From positions 59,272,001 through 59,336,000 of the forward strand of contig OX597821.1 in NCBI GenBank assembly GCA_951406725.2: DNA of 64,000 bases, in the 5' to 3' direction. The notes under the pieces are model-generated. The model did no database searches. It was not told where the DNA came from and saw nothing but the letters and a program-made list of their open reading frames with translations. This document shows, one piece after another, positions 39,102 through 53,566 of the stretch. Each line of letters opens with the position of its first letter. Position 1 is the stretch's first letter. Source of the stretch: Octopus vulgaris. Taxonomy: Eukaryota. The translations under genes were made by a program, and so were the position numbers.

Positions 39102-42100
39102 TTATATTGATATAGGTCTTTTGAAATATGTTAAAGCAAAACTTTCTCTGTTTTATGCTTGTTTTTTCCAATGTTTAATATGATCTCCATAAGCCTAGTT
39201 TGTGTTATTTGACGCTATTCCAAAATTATTGAATGTTATTTATGTAGACAATATGGTAACATTTTTTTTTACATATTTATTGCCAAATGGAAGTCATTTT
39301 TTACTTGATAGAAAACGGTTGGCTTTCATTAATAGATAATAGATACAAGCATGGCTATGTAGCTAAGGTCTTTGAGTTGTAGTTACATAGTTCCAGGTTT
39401 AATGGAGCTGCTGCTATTACTACTACTACCACCACTACTACTGCTACTTCTTAAGCCCTTCACTCCCTATGGAGCATAGACCATCAATGACTTTTCTCCA
39501 CTGTTCTCATTTCTAGACTGTCTCTTCTGCTTTTGCTTTTCCAGCTCTGTTTATTTTTGGATCTTGTTGCACCTCATCATATGCCTTCCTAAAGGAAGGA
39601 ATTCTGTTCCTAGATCTTGTTGGTTTTGAATTGTCATTGATGCTTCAATTGCTTGCTTTTTTTTTTTCTATGTAGGGTGTTGCTTCTATGCAAAGCCATT
39701 TTTACCTCTGGGAAGAGACAGTCCATATTAGTCTGGCCTCTATCCTTTGATCTGTCCAGCTTGGGAGGCCCTTCTAGGAGCTTGCGATCTGCTGGCATAG
39801 TTCTCAAAGTCATTAAGATACATAAGCCACTACACTGAAACAAGGACTAGATCTTGAGGTGAACCTTGGACAAGTAATTTCTCTTATTACCTCAGGCTGG
39901 CCAATACCTTATTAGCAGAATTTGATAGAAACTATGTAGTAACCCATTTTGTGTGTCTGTTTTTTTTTTTTTGTGTGCCTTTTTACACAGGCCTAAAAAA
40001 CTGGTGTCCTTTATGTAATGTAAAGGATTGATAAACAGATATCAGAAAAATGTGTACTAGACCAAAATAAGTTACTGGGGTCAATAACCTTCACTAAACC
40101 TTGATTGTAGAAACTAAAACCAGTAAAAGGATTTTAGAAAGAAGTAATGTAGCTTTTTACATATTCTTGAGAATTTTTTGTTTTTAATTTTAATAATTCT
40201 TATTCTGATGGATGAAAAAAATGGTCAGATATACTAATCTTATGCTTGACTACCTGGAAAATTCCAACAGTATTGAAAAAGGGTGATGAGGAATCTGCTT
40301 ATAACACTGTCAACTGCAGAGAGTACAGATCCATTTTTTTCTGTACACTTGAAGTACATCCATTTGCCTCTTCTACTATTATAACAACTTGTATTTGTAG
40401 TAGCATTCACCCAGGATGGTTTGAGCCAACTACAATGAGTTCATATTCAGAGCTTAAGGGGGAAGAATACAAGTTCACATGTGGTCCTTGGTTACATGTA
40501 TACACACTTTGGGATGGTGTGATCCATTGCAGATCATATTACCATTGACAATCAGAGCAGATGTGGCTTGGGTTTAAAGCAGCTTCTAGAGACATGCTTT
40601 GACAAAAGCTAAGGGCTGCCTCACTCCCAGTGGTCTCTCAACAGGCTGAACACCAATCCAGAATTTCTGAGAGCCCATGCTATATTACCATGTTACTGTA
40701 ACAACTGCTCAACCAAATGTTTTAACTTCATTGCAGCTATGCTTCCTACTTTGCACATATGTCTGCACACACATGCTCACCTTTTTTTTCTTTTTTCTTA
40801 TCAGTTAACTGCTTAAACATCTTGTACTAAAACAATGCAATCCTTAGCTCCCAAATTTAATTTCTTTTCAAGTCATTAGCAATTCAAATGAAGTTTTTAC
40901 AACACTGACTTTAGTATGTTTTTCTTTTCCTTAACATTAGGGAAGCCTCTACACATGCTGTGATTGCAACCTTCCCTCTTTGGAACAGCTTTAAAAAAAA
41001 AATTAAATGGTTGTTATTGTAGCTTAAAGTTCAGATTATAGTCATTAGTAAAGCCATAGTTGGACTCAGTGCTGAAAATAGTTGTTATTCTTCATTATAC
41101 ATTGAAATTTATTATATTATAGAATATTGATATTCTATTGCTTTGATTGTTGTTTTGTATGAATTGGGAAAAGTTCAAAAGAATTAATATAAACTAAATT
41201 CTGGGAACAGGTCGATAAATTATTCTTGTTTCATTCTATATTGAATCCTGTTCAATATATCTCTGCATTTAATATTAGACTACACTCTCTCCATTATTCT
41301 AACCAACTACCAAACTGTATATGTGCATGAAATGCATTCTTTAGCAAATATTAATAGGGCAAAAGCAGCCTTTATTTGTTTGTGCGAGAGATAGTAGCGA
41401 AAAAAAAAAAAGTGAATACTAGTGTCTGCAACTGTTTAACATTGTTAAAATGTTAAATATTTATTGAAGTTGCATGGCATTATAGCTGATAAATTTTGTT
41501 CATTGATTGTCTCCTTTAATTATTTTTTCTTCTGAAGCCTGCATTCATTAAATATGCTCGTTTAATATAACTTCATTTATTTGGACAATTTTCAACCTGT
41601 ATGTTCTAGTACATGCCAAGCCAGTGTGGCAGAGTAAACTCATCAAACCAGTACGATCTTAAGTTCAGTTTTCCAGCCTCAACATCAGACTGTGGTTGGT
41701 GGGGAAAACATGCTGAGGCCTTCATCCTGCAGTGACTAAATATAGGCAACACAATCCAATCTAAAAATGTTCTTGTACTTTATTTACTTTCCCTAAGGCA
41801 GCAAGAGGCAAAATTGTTAGCACACCAGACAAATGCTTGGCAGTATTTGTCCTGGCTTTAAGCTCTGAGGTCAAATGCCACTGATGTCAACTTCACATTT
41901 CATCCTTTTGGGGTCAATAAAGTAAAGAACCAGTCAAAAACTACTTTCCTTGCTTCTTCTCCCTAAATCTGCTGGCTTTGAGCCAAAATTTGAAGCAGTT
42001 ATTTATTTTACCTATTTAGTTAATTTGGCAAATTTTCTAATCAAAAAGCTATTTCTATTAAGAATATTTCTACAATTCTTTTTCCTTTTGTTATAAGATT

Positions 42101-43679
42101 TTTTTTTTTATTTGCTATATATATAACTGTAGTTGATGATTACTGAGAATGTTGGACTAAAGTTAATTATTCAATTCAATTATTTTGTTTATTGATAGTT
42201 TAAAACTACTCTCACTTGTAAGAAATAATGAATGAATCCCTAGAAAATAAAATTTACTGTGGTTAAGCTATTAAATCTGTTAGTGAAAGTATTTAGATAT
42301 CAATAGTGGCCAAACTGTGACTCACAAGCAGCATGCAGCTGTCAAAGCTACTATATGCAATACCTTAGATAGTATTCCTGCATCCTGTTATGCAGGAGGT
42401 CCCATGGAGGAGTGCATCCACCGGGTGGCAGATGGTGGGACAGAAACAAGTATGTGCCTATAAAACACAGACGCTGGGACTGGATTGAACATGTCCTCAG
42501 AAAAGATCGAGAAAGCAATTTTATGGTGGCATTAATTAGCAGCTTGAGGGGCCCTAAAACCACATGGTGAAAAACCATTGACAAGGAAAGGAGATGAGGA
42601 CAGAGAAGCTGGAATGAGACCAGAACAGTGTTGTGGCCTTTATTGTGTGTCATGGCACAGAGAGAACTAAAATAACATTAGGTTTCAGTGTTATTTTTCT
42701 TTGACCAACTTTAATATTGTACCAGCTAGATTTTTTTGAAATCCGCCCCCCCCCCTCAATATAAGCCTTCAATGAATAGATTTATATAATTTAGTAAAAC
42801 TATGTAGTGGTTATTTTCTTAACTCCACACTTAACACAGAGTGCACTGTGTGCATTTTATTGTGATACCAGCACTAGGAAGGTTAAGAATGAGAGAGAGT
42901 GATAGATAGTTAAAGGTAGCTAAATGGTGAGGGTGAATGATAGACATCAATACCAAATAACATAAGTGTGTGTGTGTGTGGTGGGGCAGTGTATGTAAAG
43001 TATATAGGGTACATGCATATATGATGAGGACCATGAAGAATAGTAATTTTTTTTAATGCTATATTGTAATTTTTTAACAATAGTGATGTTATGTTTCCAA
43101 CAAACCAATCACTGGTTCATTAAATTTATGATGATAAGAGGGACAAGGGAGTGCCTAACACAAGGCAGATCAAATATCTGAAGGGATTTAATTTGCACAG
43201 CACCAGCCTTTTGTTTTCTTATAGATATTTACATCCTTCACCAATAAGCATATGTAGACAAACACACACTTGCATGCACGCTCCCACACACACCACACAC
43301 ACACACACACGCACATGTGTGTGTGTACACCACAGTTTCCATCCACCAAATTCACTTACAAGGTATTGGTCATCTCAGGGCTGTAGTAGAAAACATTTGT
43401 CCAAAGTGTCAGACAATGAGATTGAACCCAGAACTACATGATTCCAAAATGAACTTCATAACCATATAATCTTATCTGTGCCTATAGGTTAGAATTACTA
43501 TTTAATACATGGAGTATGTAAAAAAAATAACTACCCAGAAATAATTCTATATATAATAGTTGTAAATTAAATGCATGACACATCATTCAGTTTTGATTTA
43601 ACCCTTTTGATTTAAATCTTTGCCTGTCCAAAGCATTTTCATAAATTTATCCTAAACATCCATGCTTATTTGCAAGACA

Positions 43680-44198
43680 CTAAACTCTGCTTGTGAAGAC
43701 CTGTTGAGGCAGGTGAAATCGAAATCAAATTTGATGCCAGCACCGCATGACTGGCATCTGTGCTAGTGGAGCACTAAGAGCATCATCCGAGTGTGATTGT
43801 TGTCAGGGCCGCTGACTAGCCCCCATGTTGGTGGGACGTAAAAAGCACCATTCGACTGTGATCGTTACCAGCTTTGCCTTACTGGCACTTGTGCCAGTGG
43901 TATGTGAAAAACAACACTTGAGTGAGGTCATTACCAGTGCCGCTGGACTGGCTCCTGTACAGGTGTCACTTAAAAACACCATTTGAGCGTGGTTGTTGCC
44001 AGTACCGCCTGACTGGCTCTTGTGCCGGTGACACATAAAAGCACCCACTACACTCTCGGAGAGGAAGGGCATCCAGCTGTAGAAACTCTGCCGGATCAGA
44101 TTGGAGCCTGGTGCAGCCATCTGGCTCACCAGTCCCCAGTCAAACCATCTAACCCATGCCAGCATGGAAAGCGGATGTTAAATGATGATGATGATGAT
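43680..44198 (+). mobile_element. RTE LINE 3'-UTR fragment
   Basis: Same 3' UTR as 52590-53235, ending AACCCATGCCAGCATGGAAAGCGGATGTTAAA(TGA)n. Further fragments at ~240-555, 740-1140, 5830-6350, 7920-8100, 16250-16420, 29440-29680, 30790-30962, 35200-35480 and 49260-49450. Confidence 0.8.
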
Positions 44199-45537
44199 AA
44201 GTAATATAAAGCTTTCCTTTCAATAGTTTCAAGTTACTCTGGTGGGTGAAAAAGAATAGGGAATGCATATCATGTATAATGCATAGATGCCAGGGAAATA
44301 TGTGGAGGTGCCTGGCTTAGTAGTTAGGGTGTTGGACTCATTCATGATTGTACGATTGTGGTTTCAATTACTGTACCAGGTGACGAGCTGTGTTCTTGCG
44401 CAAAACACTTCATTTTATGTTGCTCGAGTTCACTTGCCTGGTAAAAATGAGTAATCCTGTAATGGACCAGTGTCCTGTTCAGGAAATATATACATCAGAG
44501 AAACTTAGGAAACTGGCCCTATGCTTTTCATGGAATAATGTAGACCAACCATCACATGTGATACACAGGACATACAAAGGGTTGAAGTGAACTATGACAC
44601 AACAGACCTGCACCTGTTGTTGAGCAAGATAAGTCTTTTCAGTTAAAGATCATGTAAAAAGATCAATGATTTTTAAACTGTTGGGCATTTGTCTTATTCA
44701 CTTTATCCCTGTATCATGAGTTTCTTTTCTTTAAAAAAACATCAACAAAAATGAAACGAAAACCTGAATGAGGAGTGTTTCAGTTGAAAGGATGATACTT
44801 AAACCAATGAAAAATATGCCTTGGTAAAATGACTAACAAGTACGCTAGCAACTCTGGAGAATAGCCCAATGTGATGCATAATAATAATTTATTACAGATG
44901 TAGTTGGCAGTGCAGATACTGCAAGCTGCAGAGATGAAAGTTACAAGCTGCAAGGATGATTTCATTTGAAGCATTGAAAATTCCAATACTTAGATGCCTC
45001 TTTGGCTATGTGCAGGACACTGATAAAATGCTGAACAATGTTATGTTACATCTTATCACATTAGATCAGTTAAATTTCTGATTTAACATAATTGTGTTAT
45101 GCCTCTTATTAAAGAGTGTTATTAAAGAGAGCAATTAATAACTTGATGTTTATTCTACCATCCCAGCCAGTACTTTCTTCAGATGATGTGATTGGCTGTG
45201 TGGTTAAGAAGGTTGCTTTGCAACCATGTAGTTTTAGGCTCAGTCCCACTGTGTGCAACTTTGGGCAAGTGTTTTGTACTACAGCTCTGGGCTGGTCAAT
45301 GTCTTGTGAGGGAATTTGGTAGTTAGAAACATATATATTTCTTTTACTTGTTTCAGTCATTTGATTGCAGCCATGCTGGAGCACCACCTTTAGTTGAACA
45401 AATCAACCCTAGGACTTATTTTTTGTAAGCCTAGTACTTATTCTATCGGTCTCTTTTGCTGAGCCACTAAGTTACAGGGACATATAAACACACCAACATT
45501 GGTTGTCAAGCAATGGTGGAGGAACAAACACATGCAA

Positions 45538-45588
<51 letters not shown>

Positions 45589-48500
45589 GCTTCTTTCAGT
45601 TTCCATCTACCAAATCCACTCACAAGGCTTTGGTTGGGCCGAGGCTTTAGTAGAAAGTACTTGACCAAGGTGCCACACATGGGACTGAACCTGGAACCAT
45701 GTGGTTGGGAAGCAAGCTTCTTACCACACAGCCATATATGTATATATGTGTAAGAGTCTTTTTTGTTTTCCATTCTACTGCTTGATAACTGATATAGCTT
45801 TGTTTACATCCCTGAAACTTAGCAGTTCTGCAAAAGAGATTGAAAGAATAAGTACTGGGGTTGATTTCACTAAACTTTTTAAGGCAGTGCCCCAGCATGG
45901 CTGCAGCCCAATGACTGAAACGAGTAAAAAGTATTAAGTATTGTTTAATCGAGGCAATTTATTTGACAGCATCTTCCCATACAACAGCTCCTGTTCTCAT
46001 AACACTCTGGTACCTCAAGTTAACTAACTGATCACAGCTGTGCTAACTCTATACTGACAACTCTTCAAAGCAAATGTACTTCACCTCTGACCTCTGATCC
46101 ATCTAAAACAGCTAAGATAGTAATTGATGTAATCCTTCTTAGTCTCTCCAAATCCAGCATATAGTCAAAGCCCTCAACTCGGTTCAAGTAATTGACACAG
46201 CTGCCCACAATACACCAGAAATTTATTCACAATCACCAACTGGGAGTTAGTTATTCACACTCCATTGCATTATTGTGTATCAGATAACCTGTAAAATTCC
46301 CCCTCACCTCCCATATTGTAACTGGTGCTTAACCAAGAGGATCTCTTAAATTCTCAGAATGCTCCTACCCAACTTCTCTAAGCACAACATAGAGATGGCA
46401 AAGCTATCAGACATGTTGCTTATATTTGCTTTCAATTCTGCAAGCATGCATGTGTGCATAAACATGCATGTGCACACAAAATCTGCAAGCATACACACTA
46501 TATATGCAAACTGTCTATGCACACACACAGAGTATGCAAGCACACACACTACACACACATTTTCAGGTTGCACATGCTCACACACATGCATTTTCATTGT
46601 GCTTTCACACACACACATTTCACTATTTTGCTGTCATGAAATATGAAACCTTCTTCAGTCCCTCAACCCCACCAAGGTCTATATTTCTGGGGGGGGGTTT
46701 CTGGCATTACCTTCAAACATTATGTTTCTAAGCCAGTTATTATGCTCACTAAACTCTTCACTTTTCCTTTCTCTATGGAAATTTACATCAATCTATAGAA
46801 GCATGTGACAGTCTTAACTGTATTAAAAAAAAAATTGAAGAATACTGACTTGCAATTCCAGCTTCCTTCCAACATCTAAAAGGTGATGGAGACAGGCACT
46901 TCCTTGAGTTGTCTTTTCTCAATAATCATTTTATCTATTTATTTATTTTTCATTCCTTTGGTGACAGATTTACTTGATCTGTTTTCTGCTATCATGCATC
47001 AGTGTTCTCTCACTGACAAAAGAAAATATTTTGGTTATCAACAAAACCTTTTACAGTTCTTAGAAGTTGAGTTGCCAACCTATGGGTTCAATCTGTTTGT
47101 CACATATTGGATTGGAAGTTCTCTATCAGATACTTCATTGCACCACGTGTCAATAAGCTCTCCCTGATTCACATTCTATCAACCTTGGTGTGCTGCAGAG
47201 TTTGATTATAATTACCACATAGACTGCATGGCACCTTGGACAAGTGACTTTTTTTATAACCTTAGATTGATCAATACTTTGTTAGCAAAATTTGACTGAT
47301 AGAAACTATTCAGTAAACCATTGTGTGTGTGTGTTTTTGTCTCTTTACACAGGTCTAATAATAAAAAATAATTTTAAAAATCTGGTGTCGTTTATGCTGT
47401 GTCATAAGTGCAATCCCATGGTCATCAGATGTAACAAAGGAATATTTTGCTTGGCCGGCAGAAGGACAAAACTCTGAAGTCCAAATATGAAAATATTTCA
47501 TCATTAGCAAAAAATGTCGTTGCAACAAATAACAGAAAAAGATATTTACACTGAGTGAATCAGTTTGTGCATGTCAGTGAGAGATGTGTGTGTCTGCAAT
47601 GATCATTGCCATCAAGTTTCATAGCCAAGCAAGTGATGCATTCTTGCAGTGAGTTGGTTTTTAGCTGTGTTATGACCACTGGTCAATTGCCAAACAAATG
47701 AACTCTCTATACTTAATAGGTTGTCAAAGATAAAGCACCAAAGACAAGATCATTAATGACATTTTAGTATTTTGTTGATCAGAAAGTAGTTGTTTACAAT
47801 TAATAGTATTCTAATGAGTTGAGCATCTAAGTTTTTTTATATATTTTTTATCCTGGTCAACTAGCTACTGATAAAAACAAGTTCTTAATGTTTCTACCAA
47901 AGATCTGAATGGCTAGTCACTTGCTGACGTTATCAGTCCTTGACAGATTCCTATTTGATGTTTTAAGTTAATTTCACCTCTGAACACAGTTATTTTGATT
48001 TCAATTCCTAGGCAGTAGTTTGGTGTCTGGAACTCTACCAAAATTTCTGCCAAAGATTAAATCAATATTTAAATAAAACTTTTAAGTATGATGGCATGAA
48101 CTTTGATATGATGAAAACATTTTTTAATGATTTTATTCTATTGCTTTCAAATAAGTTTCTGTCTTTTATGAAAGTTTAAAATTGCAAGTTTATAGTGGAA
48201 AATAGAGTGAATACAGATGTAACAGAAGCATTGTCCCTTCAAAAGCTGATTGGAAATTTCACCAATTAAATATTCAAAAACAAAACAAAAAACAAAAACA
48301 AATATGGATAAATTTATTGATATTTATGGGCACAGGCATATCTGTGTAGTGAAGAAGCCTGATTTGCAACCATCTGATTTTGGGTTCAGTCCCATGTTGC
48401 TGAACCTTGGGCAAGTATCTTCTACTATAGCTCTGGATCAACTAATGCATTGTAAATAAATTTAGTAAATGGAAACTGTGTGGAAGTCCATGTGTGTTTC

Positions 48501-50126
48501 TGTTGTGGTTGTGTAACTTAGCCCCTTACAAACTGATAACTGATGTTGATTTGTTTATGTCCCCACAATTTAGTAGTTTGGCAAATGAGACCAACAGAAC
48601 AAATAGCAGACTGTAACATAGAATAAGTACTGGTGTTGATTTGTTCAACTAAACTTTTTCTATAATTGAAAAGATTCAGCTTTGTTACAGAGTGTCCCAC
48701 TGATATGATCTTAAAATTACAGTAAGGGTAGCTGTGTCTGGGGTGTGAGATACAACAAAAACACATCTGTCAAACACATATTTGTCAAAAATGTATTAAT
48801 TAGAAATTTGTCACAAACATATTGACCAGAAGATAGATTGGCAAAAAGACATTTGTAGTAAAGTCAAATTAGTTGTTAAACAAATTGATCAAAACATATT
48901 AGTGAACATCAAAAACAAATTCGTAGAAAAAAACAACATATAAATACATTGAAAACTAATCTTTCACTAATTTATTCTTAGTGATAGAACAAATTACTTT
49001 TTCTTAATGAAATAGATTTTCAATTTATTTTCAGGTAGTTTGTTTATATAAATAAACTAAATAAAAATAGAAATATATAAAAACTTAATATTCACTATTT
49101 TTAAATAACTTATTGTAATATTAACATGATAAAAACAAACAATTTTTAAAATTAAATTATTTTCAATTACTTTTTGAGTATGTGTGTACATGTGTGCACA
49201 TCTGTTTGTTATGTAAAGTGTATGATAGAAACATTTAAATATAATTTTCTTAGTGATCATCATTGTCATTTAATGTCCATTTTTCCCTGCTGGCATGGGT
49301 TGGACAGTTTGACAGGATCCAGCAAGCTTCAGGGCTGTACCAACTTCCAGTATCAGCTTTGGCATAGTTTCTACAGCTGGATGCCCTTCCTAATGTCAAC
49401 TACCTTACAGTGTGTAGTGGGTGCTTTTTTTTTGTGCCACTGGTACTTGTGACATTGCCAAGTAAGTTGGAAAACAGAAAAGAACTGGAAAGAAAAAGTG
49501 AAATGCCCCCATGACTATGGGTGGATATAGCAATAATAGGGAATATTAACATTGGCACATCACCCCAACTTTTGGGGTGGATTATAGTTTAGTTATATTC
49601 AATAATTTGGCTGGTCACATCTATCTGTATCCATATGTACAGATATGTATGTATGTATCTGTGTATCATTTGACTGCAGCCATACTGGAGCACCACCTTT
49701 AGTCGAACAAACCAACCCCAGGATTTATTCTTTGTAAGCCTTTTTGCCATTATCTATTTCTTGTAACCCCTACTGATTATTTTCTTTTCCCCAGTTTCTT
49801 CTACTAGATGTGAGTAGCCATGCAAATAGATCCCTTTACAAGAAATTGCTCTGACCCCCTCTTTCCATAGTAATCCCCTCGTCTCCTTGCATTAAGCTGA
49901 CTCCACCTCCAGGATTTGTAGTCCTGCAAACTGCATGACAACCTCAATACTGCAGGTAGCACAAAAAGAGCACCTAAAGTGGTTGTTAGGAAGGGCATCC
50001 AGCTGTAGAAACCATGCCAAAGCATATATTGGAGCACACTGTAGTTCTTGTATTCATGAGATCCTGTCAAATGGTCCAGTCCATGCCAATGTGGAACATG
50101 GACGTTAAATGATGAACATACTCACT

Positions 50127-50172
<46 letters not shown>

Positions 50173-51051
50173 ACACCACACCACACACACACACTACTAC
50201 CCATTTCTTTGAAAGTTATTAAAATTTCTTAACATTCTATCTTTTCTTCAACTAATGTTTTTTGCCAATTTGTTTTTGTACTGATGTCTGTCAGCCAGTA
50301 TGCTTTCAATGACTGCTCTGATGAATCTTCCTAGACCAATCTGTCAAAAATTGCAGCCTCTTGTAGCAAAGTCCTCTGAGTTTTGAACCATAGCTATCAG
50401 GTTTTCCCAATCTAGAACCATAACCAAATGTATTTTCATACAAGATACTAATACACCATACAAAGTACTAATGCTTTCATGAAAATGCCTCAACCAACCA
50501 GCATGACAGCAAACTTCAAATGAAGTGCGTGAGTTTTCCTGCCAAACAGTTCAGCTGAAAGCACCCGAGCCAACAGTAATAAAAAGCAAGCAAATTCAAC
50601 TTTAGGCAGAACTATCCCATGTTTATACAGGTCATGTTGTTTTCCCCCTGTATAATAGTCTCTTACCTCACTCACCGTTCCAACCTCAGACCAAATGGCC
50701 ACAAGCCATGTAGGGGATTCTATGTCACTCATTTCAGCAAGTTGTTCTCTCTCCACTTCCACTTTTCTTATGCAACATATGTCATATTCAAAAAAGGCAC
50801 CAACCTTAACTCATAGTGTTTAGTAATAGACATTAATTATAGACAGTGATTTAAATTCCTTGCACTACTTTCATATTATCTAGCAAGTTGTATTTAGAGA
50901 AGATTCCTAACTGCTATGTTTATTGAATTTTGTTTCATTAATTTATTAGATGTACACTTGGAAATGTAACATTAAGCTTCCCTCTGCCTCCTTGGGTTTC
51001 ATAATCTTAGGAGCTGCATGGTGATTTCGTTAGTGCTGGTGGCATAAAAAA

Positions 51052-51556
51052 CATTCAGTGCATGCTGTAAAGTGGTTTGTATTAGGAAGGGCTTCCAGTT
51101 GCAAAAACCATGACAAAGAGCATGATGCAGGATCTATTGGATCCTGTCAAATCATTCAGTGCATGCTGTAAAGTGGTTTGTATTAGGAAGGGCTTCCAGT
51201 TGCAAAAACCATGACAAAGAGCATGATGCAGGATCTATTGGATCCTGTCAAATCATTCAGTGCATGCTGTAAAGTGGTTTGTATTAGGAAGGGCTTCCAG
51301 TTGCAAAAACCATGACAAAGAGCATGATGCAGGATCTATTGGATCCTGTCAAATCATTCAGTGCATGCTGTAAAGTGGTTTGTATTAGGAAGGGCTTCCA
51401 GTTGCAAAAACCATGACAAAGAGCATGATGCAGGATCTATTGGATCCTGTCAAATCATTCAGTGCATGCTGTAAAGTGGTTTGTATTAGGAAGGGCTTCC
51501 AGTTGCAAAAACCATGACAAAGAGCATGATGCAGGATCTATTGGATCCTGTCAAAT
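51052..51556 (+). repeat. Tandem array of five identical 101-bp units
   Basis: Units start at 51052, 51153, 51254, 51355 and 51456. The unit derives from a decayed RTE 3'-UTR segment (AGTGGTTTGTATTAGGAAGGGCTTCCAG). Confidence 0.95.
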
Positions 51557-51608
51557 CATGAAATCCATACCAGCATGGAACATGAACATTAAATGATCAT
51601 GATCTTTA

Positions 51609-53235
51609 ACCTCCTCATGTTTATCATAGTCATCCAGGCAAAAACAGAAGAATTCAAGATGAGCTGCCCCTGGGAGTTCCTTTATGCTGATGGCCTTGCT
51701 CTAATAGCTGAAGCACTACCAGAACTAGAGAAGTATCATATGTGGAAGCAACGTCTAGAATCGAAGGATTTTACAAAAACCAAAGTCTTAATAAGTAGGA
51801 AGGTGGACAAATCACAAATCTTTCAGGTAAATGACCCTGCTCAATCTGTAGAGAAGGCGTTGTACCCAGTGTAAGCTATGGACACATAAGAGGTGCAGCA
51901 ATATCAGAGGAAGGTTAACAGGGAAGATAATTTTTGTGTGTGGAAGGTGCACAGGTACAAGAAACACCAAAAATGTACAGAAAATAGATTCCATCTCATG
52001 TCGGAGGGAAAACTAGTTGTCGATAGTTTCTGTTACCTAGGTGACCAAGTTAGTAGCGAGGGTGGATGCTCTGAGAGCATAGCTGCTAGAATAAGAATAG
52101 GCTGGGCAAAGTTCAGAGAGCTCCTACCTCTGCTGATAACAAAAGGCCCCTCACTCAGAGTGAAAGGCAGACCATATGATGCTTGTGTGCAAACAGCCAT
52201 GCTACATGGCTGTGAAACATAGGCTGACTGCTGAGGACATGCGTAGAAATGAAGCTAGTATACACCGTTGGATGTGTAATGTCAGTATGTATGCATGATA
52301 GTGTAAGCATCCTGAGAGAAAAGTTGGACATATGAAGCATCAGTTGTGGTGTGCAAGAGAGACGACTGCACTTATATGATCATGTGATGCATATGGATGA
52401 GGACAGCTGTGTGAAGAAGTGTTGTGTTCTAATGGTGGAGGGAACCTGTGGAAGAGGTAGACCCAGTAAGACATGGGATGAGGTGGTGAAGCTTGATCTT
52501 CAAATGTTGGGCCTCGTAGAGGCAATGACAAGTGACCAAGACCTTTGGAGATATGCCATGCTTGAGAAGATCCATCAAGCCAAGTGAGATTGCAGTCATG
52601 GCCGATACCAGTGTCATATAGCTGGCCTGTTAAAAACACCCTTCAATTGTTAGCTGATATGCTATGCTTGTGAAGACCTGTTGAACTGAGTGAAATCACA
52701 GTCATAGCCGATGCCAGTGCTGTTTGACTGGCGCCCATGTCAGTGGCACGTAAAAGGCAGTTCAAGCATTGGGCCTCATGGAAACAGTAATGCCAAGCCA
52801 AATGAGATCATAGTGGTGGCTGATCTAGTGTCATATAACTGGCCCGTTAAAAGCACCCTTCAATCATTGGACAATATGCTGTGTTTGTGAAGACCTGTCG
52901 AACCAGTGAAATTGTAGTCATGGTCGATGCCAGTGCCATCTGACTGGCAGGTAAAAAGCACCGTTTAAGCGTTAGGTTTCATGGAATTAGTGACAGGTGA
53001 CCAAGACCTTTGGTGATATACAGTGCTTGTGTAGACCTGTCAAGCCAAGTGAGACCATAGTCATGGGCAATGCCTGTGTCAGATCATTGGCATGTAAAAA
53101 AAAACACCCATTATACTCTGAGTGGTTGGCGTAAGGAAGGGCATCCAGCCATAGAAACCTTGCCAAATCAGTCAAACCGTCCAACCCATGCCAGCATGGA
53201 AAGTGGACAGTACATGATGATGATCATCATCATCA
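51609..53235 (+). mobile_element. 5'-truncated, decayed RTE LINE (RT C-terminal half plus 3' UTR)
   Basis: CPWEFLYADG (YADD motif), VDSFCYLGD, RIGWAKFRELLPLL, GRGRPSKTWDEVV in shifted frames. The 3' UTR has internal subrepeats and an (ATG)n tail. Confidence 0.9.
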
Positions 53236-53503
53236 TTATGATGAAATATTGCAGGTTAATATAATATTTGAAAATTTTAGTGTAGCCATTTTCTTCATAT
53301 GCAACATTGTGAACAGCCAATATAAACCCTTGGATGTTAATTTTACTAATCAGGATTCAGTTGATTGATCAATTGAATGTTCTTATGGAGAATCAACCAC
53401 CATATTTTGTTTGACTGTAAATCGTATTTACTTCATAAATCAATAAATAAGTCAGATTAATATTTTTGTTGTTTTGCTTTTTGTAGAATTGAATTTATTT
53501 TAG

Positions 53504-53566
53504 AATTTCCGCGATACTCTGTACTGAAGTAGATATGATTCAAGTTAATAAATGCAGAAATTTATG
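53504..53566 (+). other. Candidate small 5' exon ending in ATG
   Basis: Pyrimidine-rich acceptors (ttgtag ending 53486 or tttag ending 53503) and donor ATG|gtaata. The terminal ATG would join in frame with the exon at 59361. Confidence 0.3.

Noticed and set aside
48735-48930. Degenerate ~15-bp subrepeats (ACATATT.GTCAAAA-like) suggesting a transposon end
   Set aside because: Too decayed to define termini, a TSD or the partner end with confidence.
51052-51556. Regular repeat array as a possible CRISPR
   Set aside because: The units are identical 101-mers with no unique spacers, derive from a retroposon tail, and sit in eukaryotic DNA.
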